Below, piece by piece: positions 20,564 through 30,600 of a stretch of 64,000 nt of DNA. The notes under the pieces were generated by a model, which was not told the DNA's origin, searched no databases, and was given only the letters and a program-made list of their open reading frames with translations. Position 1 is the first letter of the stretch. Every line of letters begins with the position of its first letter. The position numbers and the translations under genes are program-made. Origin of the DNA: an uncultured Kiritimatiellota bacterium (GTDB lineage Bacteria; Verrucomicrobiota; Kiritimatiellia; RFP12; DVOR01); the NCBI GenBank assembly GCA_944389565.1, contig CALXMV010000001.1, forward strand, positions 51,924-115,923, given 5' to 3'.

Positions 20564-22157
20564 GGCGCGTGAGTCTCCTTTCCAGTTTGCCGAGCAGCCA
20601 GGCGAAGAGGGAGACGGCCGCGAGGTAGATGGCCGCCACCGCCAGCAGGGGCATGAAGGCCGTGTAGGTCTGGCTGCGGATGATGTCGCCGGCCTTGGTG
20701 AGGTCCATCAGGGCGATGTAGCCGGCCACGGAGGTCTCCTTCAGCAGCACGATGAACTCGTTGCCCAGCGCGGGCAGCACGTTGCGCAGCGCCTGGGGCA
20801 GGATGACGAAGAGCATCGTGCGCCCGTGCGAGAGGCCCAGCGAGCGCCCCGCCTCCGTCTGCCCCCGGTCGATGGCCATGATGCCCCCGCGCACGATCTC
20901 GGCCACGTAGGCCCCCGAGTTGAGCCCGAAGGCCACGACGGCCACGAAGACCTTGCTCACGTCCTGCGAGCCGAAGATGACGAAATAGAGGATGAGCAGC
21001 TGCACCACCACCGGCGTCCCGCGGATGACGGTGAGGTAGACGCGGCAGAGCGCGTCGGCCACGCGCAGGCGCCCCGTCATGTCGCACGTCGCGCGGACCG
21101 TCGCCACGCCGAAGCCGATGAGCAGCCCCAGCAACGTCGCCAACGCGGCGATCTCCAGCGTCACGGCGAAGCCCTCGGCCAGATAACGCCAACGCCCGCC
21201 CTCCACGAAGTTCGCCCGCGCGTTCGCCGCCAGGCGCCGCCACAGGCCGGGGCGCGCCTCGGCCCCCAGCTCGTCCGCGCGCGCCTCCAGCGCGTCGAGC
21301 GCGGCGCGGAGCGCGGGGTCCGCGGCCATGCGCGCCACGAGGTCGGAGACGTCGACCCGCGTGCCGATCGCCTCGTCCGAGCCCTCGCGCTGGCGGGCCA
21401 TCGCGTCGGTGTAGCGGGCGATGAGGGCCTCGAGCGTGCCGTTGGCCCGCATGGCCGCGAGGATGGCGTCGGCCTGGGCGCAGAGCAGGGCGTTGTCGCG
21501 CCGGAAGGCGAGGGCGTAGGTCTCGCGCGAGACGGGCTCGGGGAGGATGCGCAGCCCCGGGGTCTTGGCCACGAAGACCTGCGCCGGCTGGCGGTCGACC
21601 ACCGAGACGTCGACCTTGCCGGTGAGCGCGGCGGTGGCCGCGAAGATGACGTTCTGGAAACGCTCGGGCTCGCCGAAGGTCCGGGTGACGTAGAGGTCGC
21701 CCGTCGACCCGCTCTGCACGCCGATGCGCCGCCCCTTGAGGTCCGCGGGCGAGCGGAGGGGGCTGCCCACCGGCACCACGGCCACCTGCGCGGCCTCGAC
21801 GTAAGGCTCGGAGAAACGCACCTGGCGCGCGCGTTCGGGCGTGACGGTGAGGCCGCTGGCGGCGATGTCGGCCTTGCCGGTGGCGACGGCGGGGATCACG
21901 GCGTCGAAGGCCATGTCCTGCACCTCCAGCGGGCGATCCAGGCATTTGGCGATGATCGTGCAGAGCGCCGGGTCGATGCCGTCGATGCCGCCCTGCACGT
22001 GGTATTCATAGGGCGGGAAGGTCGCCTCGCAGATCATGCGCAGGGGCTCGGGCCCGCGCTCCTCCTCCCCGCACCCGGCAAGAAAGAGCCCCATGCCAAC
22101 CAACGCGAGCGACGCGACCGTTCGCCGAAGACAACCGCTAACCATTGAGGTGATCAT
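20556..22157 (-). CDS. Fused amino-acid ABC substrate-binding lipoprotein domain plus permease domain
   Basis: The N-terminus has a lipobox (LFLAGCG), followed by an SBP type-3 domain and then a permease with the EAA-like loop ([15 protein letters not shown]). The start at 22157 (MITSM) is inferred. Confidence 0.7.
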   Translation of the reverse strand: MITSMVSGCLRRTVASLALVGMGLFLAGCGEEERGPEPLRMICEATFPPYEYHVQGGIDGIDPALCTIIAKCLDRPLEVQDMAFDAVIPAVATGKADIAASGLTVTPERARQVRFSEPYVEAAQVAVVPVGSPLRSPADLKGRRIGVQSGSTGDLYVTRTFGEPERFQNVIFAATAALTGKVDVSVVDRQPAQVFVAKTPGLRILPEPVSRETYALAFRRDNALLCAQADAILAAMRANGTLEALIARYTDAMARQREGSDEAIGTRVDVSDLVARMAADPALRAALDALEARADELGAEARPGLWRRLAANARANFVEGGRWRYLAEGFAVTLEIAALATLLGLLIGFGVATVRATCDMTGRLRVADALCRVYLTVIRGTPVVVQLLILYFVIFGSQDVSKVFVAVVAFGLNSGAYVAEIVRGGIMAIDRGQTEAGRSLGLSHGRTMLFVILPQALRNVLPALGNEFIVLLKETSVAGYIALMDLTKAGDIIRSQTYTAFMPLLAVAAIYLAAVSLFAWLLGKLERRLTRHG

Positions 22158-22339
22158 GCAAAAGTTTTTGATTGTGTCCTGCGCGGTCACCGTCACGCGA
22201 TTCGGCCAGAACGCGACATCCGAAATCATGCCGGAATCGAATCGCGAGGTCAATGTGTCACTGACATAAAGCGCCTCGGACGTGATATCGCGTTTGCCCA
22301 GCGGCGCCGCTTGGCATGGCGTGAACCGAACGGCGCGCC

Positions 22340-23599
<1,260 letters not shown>

Positions 23600-23685
23600 G
23601 CAACCGTCCTTTCATGCTGAAAAACGTCTTCTATTTTACCCGATTTCATCCTTCCTCGGCAACCGCGCCAGCCCCGTCTTGGGGT

Positions 23686-23720
23686 AAAAAAGAAGCCCCC
23701 CGGCTTCCCGGGGGGCTTCC
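23686..23720 (-). terminator. Rho-independent terminator downstream of the PEP-CTERM gene
   Basis: aaaaaaGAAGCCCCCCGGcttcCCGGGGGGCTTC is a strong GC hairpin with an A-run on the plus strand (a T-run on the minus strand). Confidence 0.7.
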
Positions 23721-23750
23721 TGAAGGTCGCGTCGTGTCAGCCCGCCTGGA

Positions 23751-24495
23751 TCAGGCCGCGCGGCGGCGGAGGGCGAGGCCCGCCGCGCCGAGGGCCAGGA
23801 GCGCCAGCGCCGTCGGCTCGGGCACGCCGCCCGGATCGGGGTCGGGCCCCGCGAGCAGATCCTCGTAGGATTCGCCCTCGAAGACGTAGAGGTCCTGCGT
23901 GATGTTGCCGGCCGTCTGGTTGTTGTAGAGGTTCATGTTGTCGGGATTTTCCCCATCGAAGCCCTGCTTGCCGTAGACGATCTCCTCGAAGGTCCCATCC
24001 GCCGTGAGCGTCCCGTAGAGCACGCCGTTGAGGTAGAAGCCGAGATTACCCCCCCGTATGGGAGATGACGAACTCGTAGGAGACGGGGCCGTCGGCGCTC
24101 CCTTGGAAGGTGACGTCGGGTGCGTCGGTCCGGGTCGCGAGATCGGCGTTTCCGGTAACGGTGGCAAAGCCAATCGTCCCGCTGTTCTTGCCATCTGCGT
24201 TCACGTTGAAGCGCGAGGCGGTGCCGCTCGTGTTCGAGGTGGTGACGCCGATGATGGAGGGATACTTCTGGCCGCCGTTGCTGTACGCGTTGAGCGGGCC
24301 GTTGACGGTGACGATGCAGGCGATGGTCCAGCTGTCCGAGCCCAGGGAGACCTCGGTGCCGTTGGCCGAGATGTGCCCGGCGGAGGTGATGCCCGTCTTG
24401 GAATAATCCGCGTCGAGCGTCCCCCAGTCGAGGGAGGCGGCCTGAAGCAGGCCGACGGCGAATGCGGCAAAGGCCGTGAAAAGCGATTTACGCAT
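23751..24495 (-). pseudogene. PEP-CTERM domain secreted protein, interrupted by a frameshift in a G7 (plus-strand C7, 24049..24055) homopolymer
   Basis: ORF 24046..24495 carries the signal peptide plus the N-terminal part, ending ...ISHTGG*. ORF 23751..24194 in another frame continues GNLGFYLNG...[25 protein letters not shown], the PEP-CTERM anchor. Removing one G restores a single reading frame. Confidence 0.7.
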
Positions 24496-24689
24496 GACAA
24501 ATCCTTTCGTTGTTTATGGGCATTCATCGGCGCGACAACACTAAACTAACATGTTTCACGCACGGCCGCACGAAAAATAGGGTGAAGCGGGGCGCCTTCC
24601 GCTTGGTTCGCCCCGTTGCCGGCACCTCCTCCTTCCGACCGTGCGGGTGCGCCGAAGGCGCCCGGTTTGCAGGGGGCGTGCGCGTTTTG

Positions 24690-24695
24690 TATACT
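24690..24695 (+). promoter_or_regulatory. Candidate -10 element (TTG-TATACT) upstream of the FGE-domain gene
   Basis: gcgcgttttgTATACTcatgc lies 27 nt upstream of the ATG at 24722, with a ggagga RBS. This is a weak call. Confidence 0.3.
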
Positions 24696-24721
24696 CATGC
24701 GCAATCCTGGAGGACCATGAG

Positions 24722-27409
24722 ATGAAGCGACTCTTGGCTTTGTTGGCGTCCCTGACCGTCGTGGCCACCGCCTCGGCGGAGCGGGAGTACATCGTCTACG
24801 ACCTGACGGCCCGTGAGGCGACGGCGGTCGAGAACCCCGACCCGAAGGACAAACGGTACCATGAGGGGACGGAGATGCTCTTCGTCCGCGACACCGCCGT
24901 CGGCGAGGCCTTCTACATCGGCGTCTGGGAGGTGACGTGCGCCCAGGCCGTCCACCTGGGGTGGGCCACGGCCAATGCGGGCGTGGGGCAGGCGTACGTC
25001 ACGCGGGGCGACGCCGCCACCTACGACTTCGCCCAGAACCATTCGCTCTCCGGTTTCACGGGGCTGAGCCTGCCGACCTTGGGGCAATGGAAGGCCTACG
25101 CGGAGGACGTCCAGCCGCAAGACTCGGTGAACGTGTTTCGCGGAAACTACAATTACGGGATTCGGACCATCGCGGAGTGGTACGGCAAGTACCAGGCGGA
25201 CGTCGAGCCCAACGCCTTTGGCGTCTACGACATCTTCGGCAACGCGGCGGAGTACGCCTCCACCGACGGCCTCTTCCACGGCGGCTACGCGCAGAGCTCG
25301 TGCGACTACTCCGACTCCCACGACGCCGTCGCGTACGCGGGGAAGACGGCCTCGGCCCTTTCCGCCCTCGGCGATTTCCTCGGTGCGCGGCTTGTCTACA
25401 CGCCGCCGGCGGAGCGCACCTACACCGTGACGGTCACGCTTGACGGCGAGCCCGTGGCGGGGTGGGACGCCTCGCACGGCTACAAGGCCGGCGAGCGGGT
25501 GACGCTCCCCGAGCCGACCCTCGCGGCCTTCCACCGCCTCGCCGAGCCGACCGTCACGCCCGAGGGGCTCGAGATCGACGCGGATCGCTCCTTCCTCATG
25601 CCGGCGGAGGATGTCACGGTCGCCTACGCGTCCGTCCCTTACGCCATCGTCCAGGCCGTCGACGCCACCGTCTCCGACCCCACGCCTGCCGCGGGGGCGA
25701 CCGTCACCCTCACCGCCGCCGCCTCGGAGCCGTGGCGCACCCTCGCCGGCTGGGAGGCCTCCGAGGGCGCCACCGCCCCCGAGGGCGCGCCCGCCACCTT
25801 CGAGTTCCGAATCCCCGAGACGATCCAAGGCGGCGAGACGTACACCTTCACCGCCCGCTTCGTCACCGCCCCACGCGTCCTGGTCTACGGCGGCACCGTC
25901 GCGGTCGGTGAGGGCGAGGATCTCGGCGACGGCTTCTACTCCGTCGGCGCGGCACTCACCCTCACCGCCCCGGCCACCCTCAATGGCGGCGAGTACCGTT
26001 TCGAGGCCTGGGTCGACGCCACCGGCGAGCCGATCCCCACCCGTGCCACCTGCCAGGTCACCGCCGGCGCCAACGGCACCGTCGCCACCTACGCCGCCAC
26101 CTATGCCCTCGACGAGGAGGGCGTCCAGGGTGCCGTCATCGACATCGCCTCCACGACGGACGAGGAGGGCGCCCCCGCCGCCTGGCCGCTCTTCGGCTCC
26201 CTGCCCGACGAACGGCAGACCTCCGTGCCCGACCCTTACGGCAACACCTATCGCCATTTTTCCTATCACGATGCCGGCCCGCTCGCCAGCTTCTCCCTCG
26301 ACGATGGCACCCTGACCTATCCCGAGGCGGCCTCCGAGGGCGGCGTCCCCACCGTCGACACCACCGACGAGGGGCTGACCCGGAAACTCCAACTCCGCCG
26401 CGTGGCGCCCGCCGAGGGCAAGGACTTCTACCTCGCCGTCCATGAGGTGACCATCGGCCAAATGGCGCGTGCCTACAAGCGCACCGGCACCACGCTGCAC
26501 TATGATTCCGGCGATGCCTGCGTCGCCTGCACCGCCAATGAGTTCTACCTGCCGGGCTATGAGGATCCATGGCCCACCAAGGTCACGGCGACGATCGCCA
26601 AGGCATTGGGGCGCGACTTCCGCCAGCCCACCAAGGCGGAGATCCGCGCCATCGGCGATTCGGCGCGCGAGACCAACGCGAACGCCGGCCTCGGCGCCGA
26701 GCGCGATGAGGAGATCACGCGGAAGATGGTCGTCTGCCATCCCTCCGCCATCGCCAAACCCGCCTCGAGGGAGGCGGATCCCTACGGTTTCTACGACCTC
26801 TGGGGCAATGGCTATGAGTACGCCGGCGATGGCACCGTCTTCGGCGGCTGTTACGGGAGCCAGTTCGGCGAATGCAATCTCGACACGGTCTTTAATCATC
26901 CCTCCAACACGCTTCTTGCCGCGCGGCCGTTGCTGGAGGTGGAGACGCCCGTGACGCTTCGCTTGGAGGATGAGGACGGGCGGACGCTCCAGGGCATCGC
27001 CGGCAAGCGCCTCTTCCCCGAGGGCGTGGCCACGCCCGAACGCGCGGGCCATGCCTTCGCCGGCTGGACGCTCGGCGGCGAGGCCATCCCCCTCGATCAC
27101 GTGCTCCGGGCCGAGGACGACGGCAAGGTCCTCGCCGCCACCTGGACGCCAAACGCCACGGCCATCAAGGTCATCTACCACGACGGCCTCTCCGGCCCGG
27201 AGACCGTCTATCCCGGCATGGCCACCCGCATCTACGCCCCCGCGGGCAAGACCATCGCCACCCTCACCGTCCGGGGCACCGAGAGCGCCGTGTGGGACCC
27301 CGAGACCCAGACCCTCACCATCCCCGCCGACGCCCCCGACACCCTCACGGTCAACGCCACCTTCGCCGAGCCCGCCCCCACGCCCGGCTTCCGCCTCATC
27401 CTGCGCTGA
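24722..27409 (+). CDS. Secreted protein with two formylglycine-generating-enzyme (FGE/SUMF1)-like domains and Listeria-Bacteroides-repeat-like beta domains
   Basis: It has the signal peptide MKRLLALLASLTVVATASA. Domain 1 is FYIGVWEVTCAQA...FGVYDIFGNAAEYA and domain 2 is KDFYLAVHEVTIGQMARAY...YGFYDLWGNGYEYAGDG, both with the FGE-sulfatase fold pattern. HAFAGWTLGGEAIPLDHVL is a Flg_new-like repeat. The listed ORF start at 24641 (GTG) is probably upstream of the true start. Confidence 0.65.
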   Translation: MKRLLALLASLTVVATASAEREYIVYDLTAREATAVENPDPKDKRYHEGTEMLFVRDTAVGEAFYIGVWEVTCAQAVHLGWATANAGVGQAYVTRGDAATYDFAQNHSLSGFTGLSLPTLGQWKAYAEDVQPQDSVNVFRGNYNYGIRTIAEWYGKYQADVEPNAFGVYDIFGNAAEYASTDGLFHGGYAQSSCDYSDSHDAVAYAGKTASALSALGDFLGARLVYTPPAERTYTVTVTLDGEPVAGWDASHGYKAGERVTLPEPTLAAFHRLAEPTVTPEGLEIDADRSFLMPAEDVTVAYASVPYAIVQAVDATVSDPTPAAGATVTLTAAASEPWRTLAGWEASEGATAPEGAPATFEFRIPETIQGGETYTFTARFVTAPRVLVYGGTVAVGEGEDLGDGFYSVGAALTLTAPATLNGGEYRFEAWVDATGEPIPTRATCQVTAGANGTVATYAATYALDEEGVQGAVIDIASTTDEEGAPAAWPLFGSLPDERQTSVPDPYGNTYRHFSYHDAGPLASFSLDDGTLTYPEAASEGGVPTVDTTDEGLTRKLQLRRVAPAEGKDFYLAVHEVTIGQMARAYKRTGTTLHYDSGDACVACTANEFYLPGYEDPWPTKVTATIAKALGRDFRQPTKAEIRAIGDSARETNANAGLGAERDEEITRKMVVCHPSAIAKPASREADPYGFYDLWGNGYEYAGDGTVFGGCYGSQFGECNLDTVFNHPSNTLLAARPLLEVETPVTLRLEDEDGRTLQGIAGKRLFPEGVATPERAGHAFAGWTLGGEAIPLDHVLRAEDDGKVLAATWTPNATAIKVIYHDGLSGPETVYPGMATRIYAPAGKTIATLTVRGTESAVWDPETQTLTIPADAPDTLTVNATFAEPAPTPGFRLILR

Positions 27410-27453
27410 ACGTCGGCGACTTGAAACCTCCCGGAGGGTTTGGGGCCACCCCC

Positions 27454-27573
27454 GAACCCTCCCGACTTTCACCCCGAACCCTCCCGACTTCCGGGTCAGA
27501 CCCTTAAGGGTTTCGCCCCAGACCCTCCCGACTTCCGGGTCAGACCCTTAAGGGTTTCGCCCCAAACCCTCCC
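27454..27573. repeat. Tandem palindromic repeat block (unit about 44 bp, GACCCTCCCGACTTCCGGGTCAGACCCTTAAGGGTTTCGCCCCA, two full copies plus partial copies)
   Basis: Seen directly. It contains the perfect palindrome CCCTTAAGGG and the GACCC...GGGTC inverted repeat, and shares GGGTTTCGCCCCAAACCCT with the 10.96-kb repeat. Confidence 0.8.
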
Positions 27574-27582
27574 ATGCGGGAT

Positions 27583-27593
27583 TGTGGTATCAT
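27583..27593 (+). promoter_or_regulatory. Extended -10 promoter element TTGTGGTATCAT placed about 7 nt upstream of the ATG at 27601 (predicts a leaderless mRNA for the giant gene)
   Basis: gggaTTGTGGTATCATgcatggcATGAGACTG is seen directly. The same element occurs in front of nusA, gpmI and the VWA gene. Confidence 0.5.
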
Positions 27594-27600
27594 GCATGGC

Positions 27601-30600
27601 ATGAGACTGTGGCGCACGGGTCGGTTGCTGACGTGGGCGATGGCGTTTGCCGTCGTGGGCGGCGCGCGCGGCGTTGGGTTGGCGCCGGGGGTGTGCCCGA
27701 CGAATCTGACTTGGGCGGTGGAGGCCTATGCGGGGGCGGATTGGGGCGCCTGGGAGGCGCGTGTGGCCGCGGACGCGGAGGGGCTGGCGGCGGTGGCACG
27801 CGAGATCCCACCCACGCCGCCGGGGATGGTGACCTACATCGAGCAAACGGCCGAGGAGTTGCCGGAGGCGTTGGCGGCGTGCACGAACGCGGCGCCAAGC
27901 GTGTTGGTGGGGGGCGTCCGGGCGTGGGATTTCCGGGTGGCGGAGCGGGTGGCCGCGGATGGCGCGCGGGCGTTTCTGACGTTTGCGGGGGAGACGGTCT
28001 TCCATGCGCAGGGGGTGCCGGCCGACTTCGACGCGGAGGCATGGGCGTTGGCGGCCTACACGGAGGATGGGCGCCTGCCGGAGACGGTGGCCGGCGACGC
28101 GGCGCGGCGGGAGGAGTGGTTCGCCATGCGGGGGCGGGAACGGCTGGGCCTGGCGTATACCTTCGTGGAGCGGGGGCGGCTGGAGGATTACGTGGCGGCG
28201 CGCGAGGCGGAGGCCGCGGCGCGTGAGGAGGCCTGGGAGGAGGAGGGCGCGGCGGGGGCGTGGGGCTTCGGGGTGCGGGAGATGGAGGTGGGCGCCGGGG
28301 AGATGGCGTTCGGCTTCTGCGACCCGGCGGGGTCGGATCTGTACGTGTTGGGGCGGAAGAGCCTGGAGGCGTGGGACGATTGGGCGCTCATCGGCAAAGT
28401 CGAGGCGGAGGGGCGGCGATGGGTGGCCTTCGGGTTGCCGATGGACATGCATTTCTGGAAGTTCCTGGATGCCTCGCTGGACAGCGACGGGGACGGCATC
28501 GCGGACGGTCTGGAGGTGGGGTGGTTCGGGACGGACCCCCTGCGGGCGGACACGGCCGGAAGCCTGATCGACGACTGGCGGAAAATCTACGTGTATGGCA
28601 TGGACGCGCGGGTGGCGGACACCGACGGGGACGGTCTGCCGGATGGCTGGGAGCTGCTGAACGGCCTCGACCCTTACGCGGCGGACGCGGAGGGGGACCC
28701 TGACGGGGACGGGATCGCCAACCGTCTGGAATTGGCCTATGGGACCGACCCGCAACGGGCGGATTCGGACGGGGACGGTTTGGGCGACCGTGAGGAGACG
28801 GGGTGGGCGGAGGTGACCCATGGCGTGGGGCCGGTGGCGGCGGGCACGGGGCGTGTCGCGCTCGCGGAGGGCGTGGCGGTGGGCCTGCCCTCCCAAATGC
28901 GTCTGGGCGGCCGCGCCTACGCGCGCGTCGAGGCCTCGCGGTCGGGCGTGGTGCGGCTGCTCGGCGAGTTCCCGATCGCCATCCGGGTCTTCCCGGAGGG
29001 GATGGCGTGGCCGGAGGCGTTCCGCGCGGGAATCTTCGCGTGGGAGGCGGAGGAGGGTTTCGTCATCGCCTTCGAGAACGTCGGTCTGCCGGGGGAGCCC
29101 GCGACGACGCTGGGGCGCGCGCAGGTCATCCTTCGGGCGGATTCCGGGGGCGTGGAGGTGCGCTACACGACCCTGCAGGGTGGCCTCGCCGCGCTCACGG
29201 GGGTCGGCGCGAGGCGGCCGGACGGCCGTTTTGGCGAACTGCTCGACCCCGGCACGGTGACCTTGGGCGATTGCGTGACCTACCGCTTCGGCGCGGGCTC
29301 CGACCCGACGCTCCCGGACACCGACGGCGACGGGGTGGAGGATGGCGCGGAGGTCGCGGCGGGCCGGTCGGCCCCAGGCCCGGACGACGACTTCGACGGT
29401 CTGCCCGATCGGTGGGAGCGGCGCTTCGGCCTTGACCCCCTCTCCGCCTCGGGCGCGGATGGCGCGGCGGGCGACCCCGACGGCGACGGGCTCCCGAACC
29501 TGCGCGAGCACGCCCTGGGCACCGACCCGACCGCCGTGGATTCCGACGGCGACGGGCTGGGCGACGCCGCGGAGGTGGGCGCCGTCACGCGCCGCACGCA
29601 CGTCGCCCCCATGGATACCTCCGCGGGGCGGGTGGTGGCGGTCTATGACAGGGAGGCCACCGCCGGCTATGTGTTTTTCGACCTGCCCTTCCCCGTGCGG
29701 GTGGGCGGGGCGGACTATCCGCGCGTGGGGCTCAACATCGACGGCGTGCTCACGTTCGTGCCAGCCGGCGAGACCGCGGTGCGCTTCCCCTCGGCACGGC
29801 GGGCGTTGGGCGAGACGCCCCTGGACACGCGTTACCCCTCCCTCGCGCTCTACTGGGCGGATCTGATGGTGGCGGAGGCCTTCCGCTCGGAACTGCGCGT
29901 CGTGGAGATGCCGGGCGAGACGGTCGTCGTCGAGTGCCTGAACTTGGCCAAGCAGGGCGGTTTCGCCTTCCTGGCCTGGCCGGAGCCCGCGACCTCTTTG
30001 GCGCGTATCCAGGTCATCATCCCGCGCGACGCGGACGCCGCCGGCATCGAGGTGCGCTACACGACCCTGCAGGGCGGTTTCGACGGCGCTGAGGCCACCC
30101 TCGGGGCGCAGTTCGGCACGCAGGCGATCGACCTGGCGCACAATCTGCTCGGCGCCGTCGCCATCGGCGACGCCATCACCTACCACCCCGGCACCGGCAC
30201 GGATCCCGCACGCGCCGACACCGACGGCGACGGGTTGGGCGACGCCGCCGAGTTGCGGCTGGGCCTCGACCCGAAGAACCCGGACCTGGATGGCGACGGC
30301 TTGGCGGATGGCTGGGAGGTCGCCTGGGGGCTTGACCCGCACGTGCCCGATGACCATGCCGCCGATTGGGACGGCGACGGCATCTCCAATTACGTGGAGG
30401 CCCAGTGGGGCACGAACCCGCGCGCGGCGGATTCCGATGGCGACGGCGTCGGCGACGCGGCCGAGATCGCGCAGGGGAGCGACCCCGCCGACGCCTCGGA
30501 CGGGGGCATGGCGGGGCGTTACGTCAAGGTCGCCCTCACGTTCGGCGACCCCAGCGCGAGCGCCTCCGAGAAATACGCCGTCGAGGTGTGCCAGACCGTG

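Noticed and set aside
22158-22339. Possible tRNA or small gene in the 180-bp gap between the ABC permease and guaA
   Set aside because: No cloverleaf-compatible GTTC/TTCGA T-loop context and no acceptor-stem complementarity were found by eye. It is probably a promoter region for the ABC operon.
24695-27472. 925-aa minus-strand ORF opposite the FGE-domain gene; and 1185-aa minus-strand ORF 27496..31053 opposite the giant gene
   Set aside because: These are antisense, Gly/Arg/Ala-rich, and lack motifs. The sense-strand genes have signal peptides and domain signatures.
27412-27600. Possible CRISPR array
   Set aside because: The repeat units are directly tandem, or separated only by fragments of themselves, with no unique spacers and only about 2.5 copies. 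There are no cas genes nearby. I call this a tandem palindromic repeat instead.
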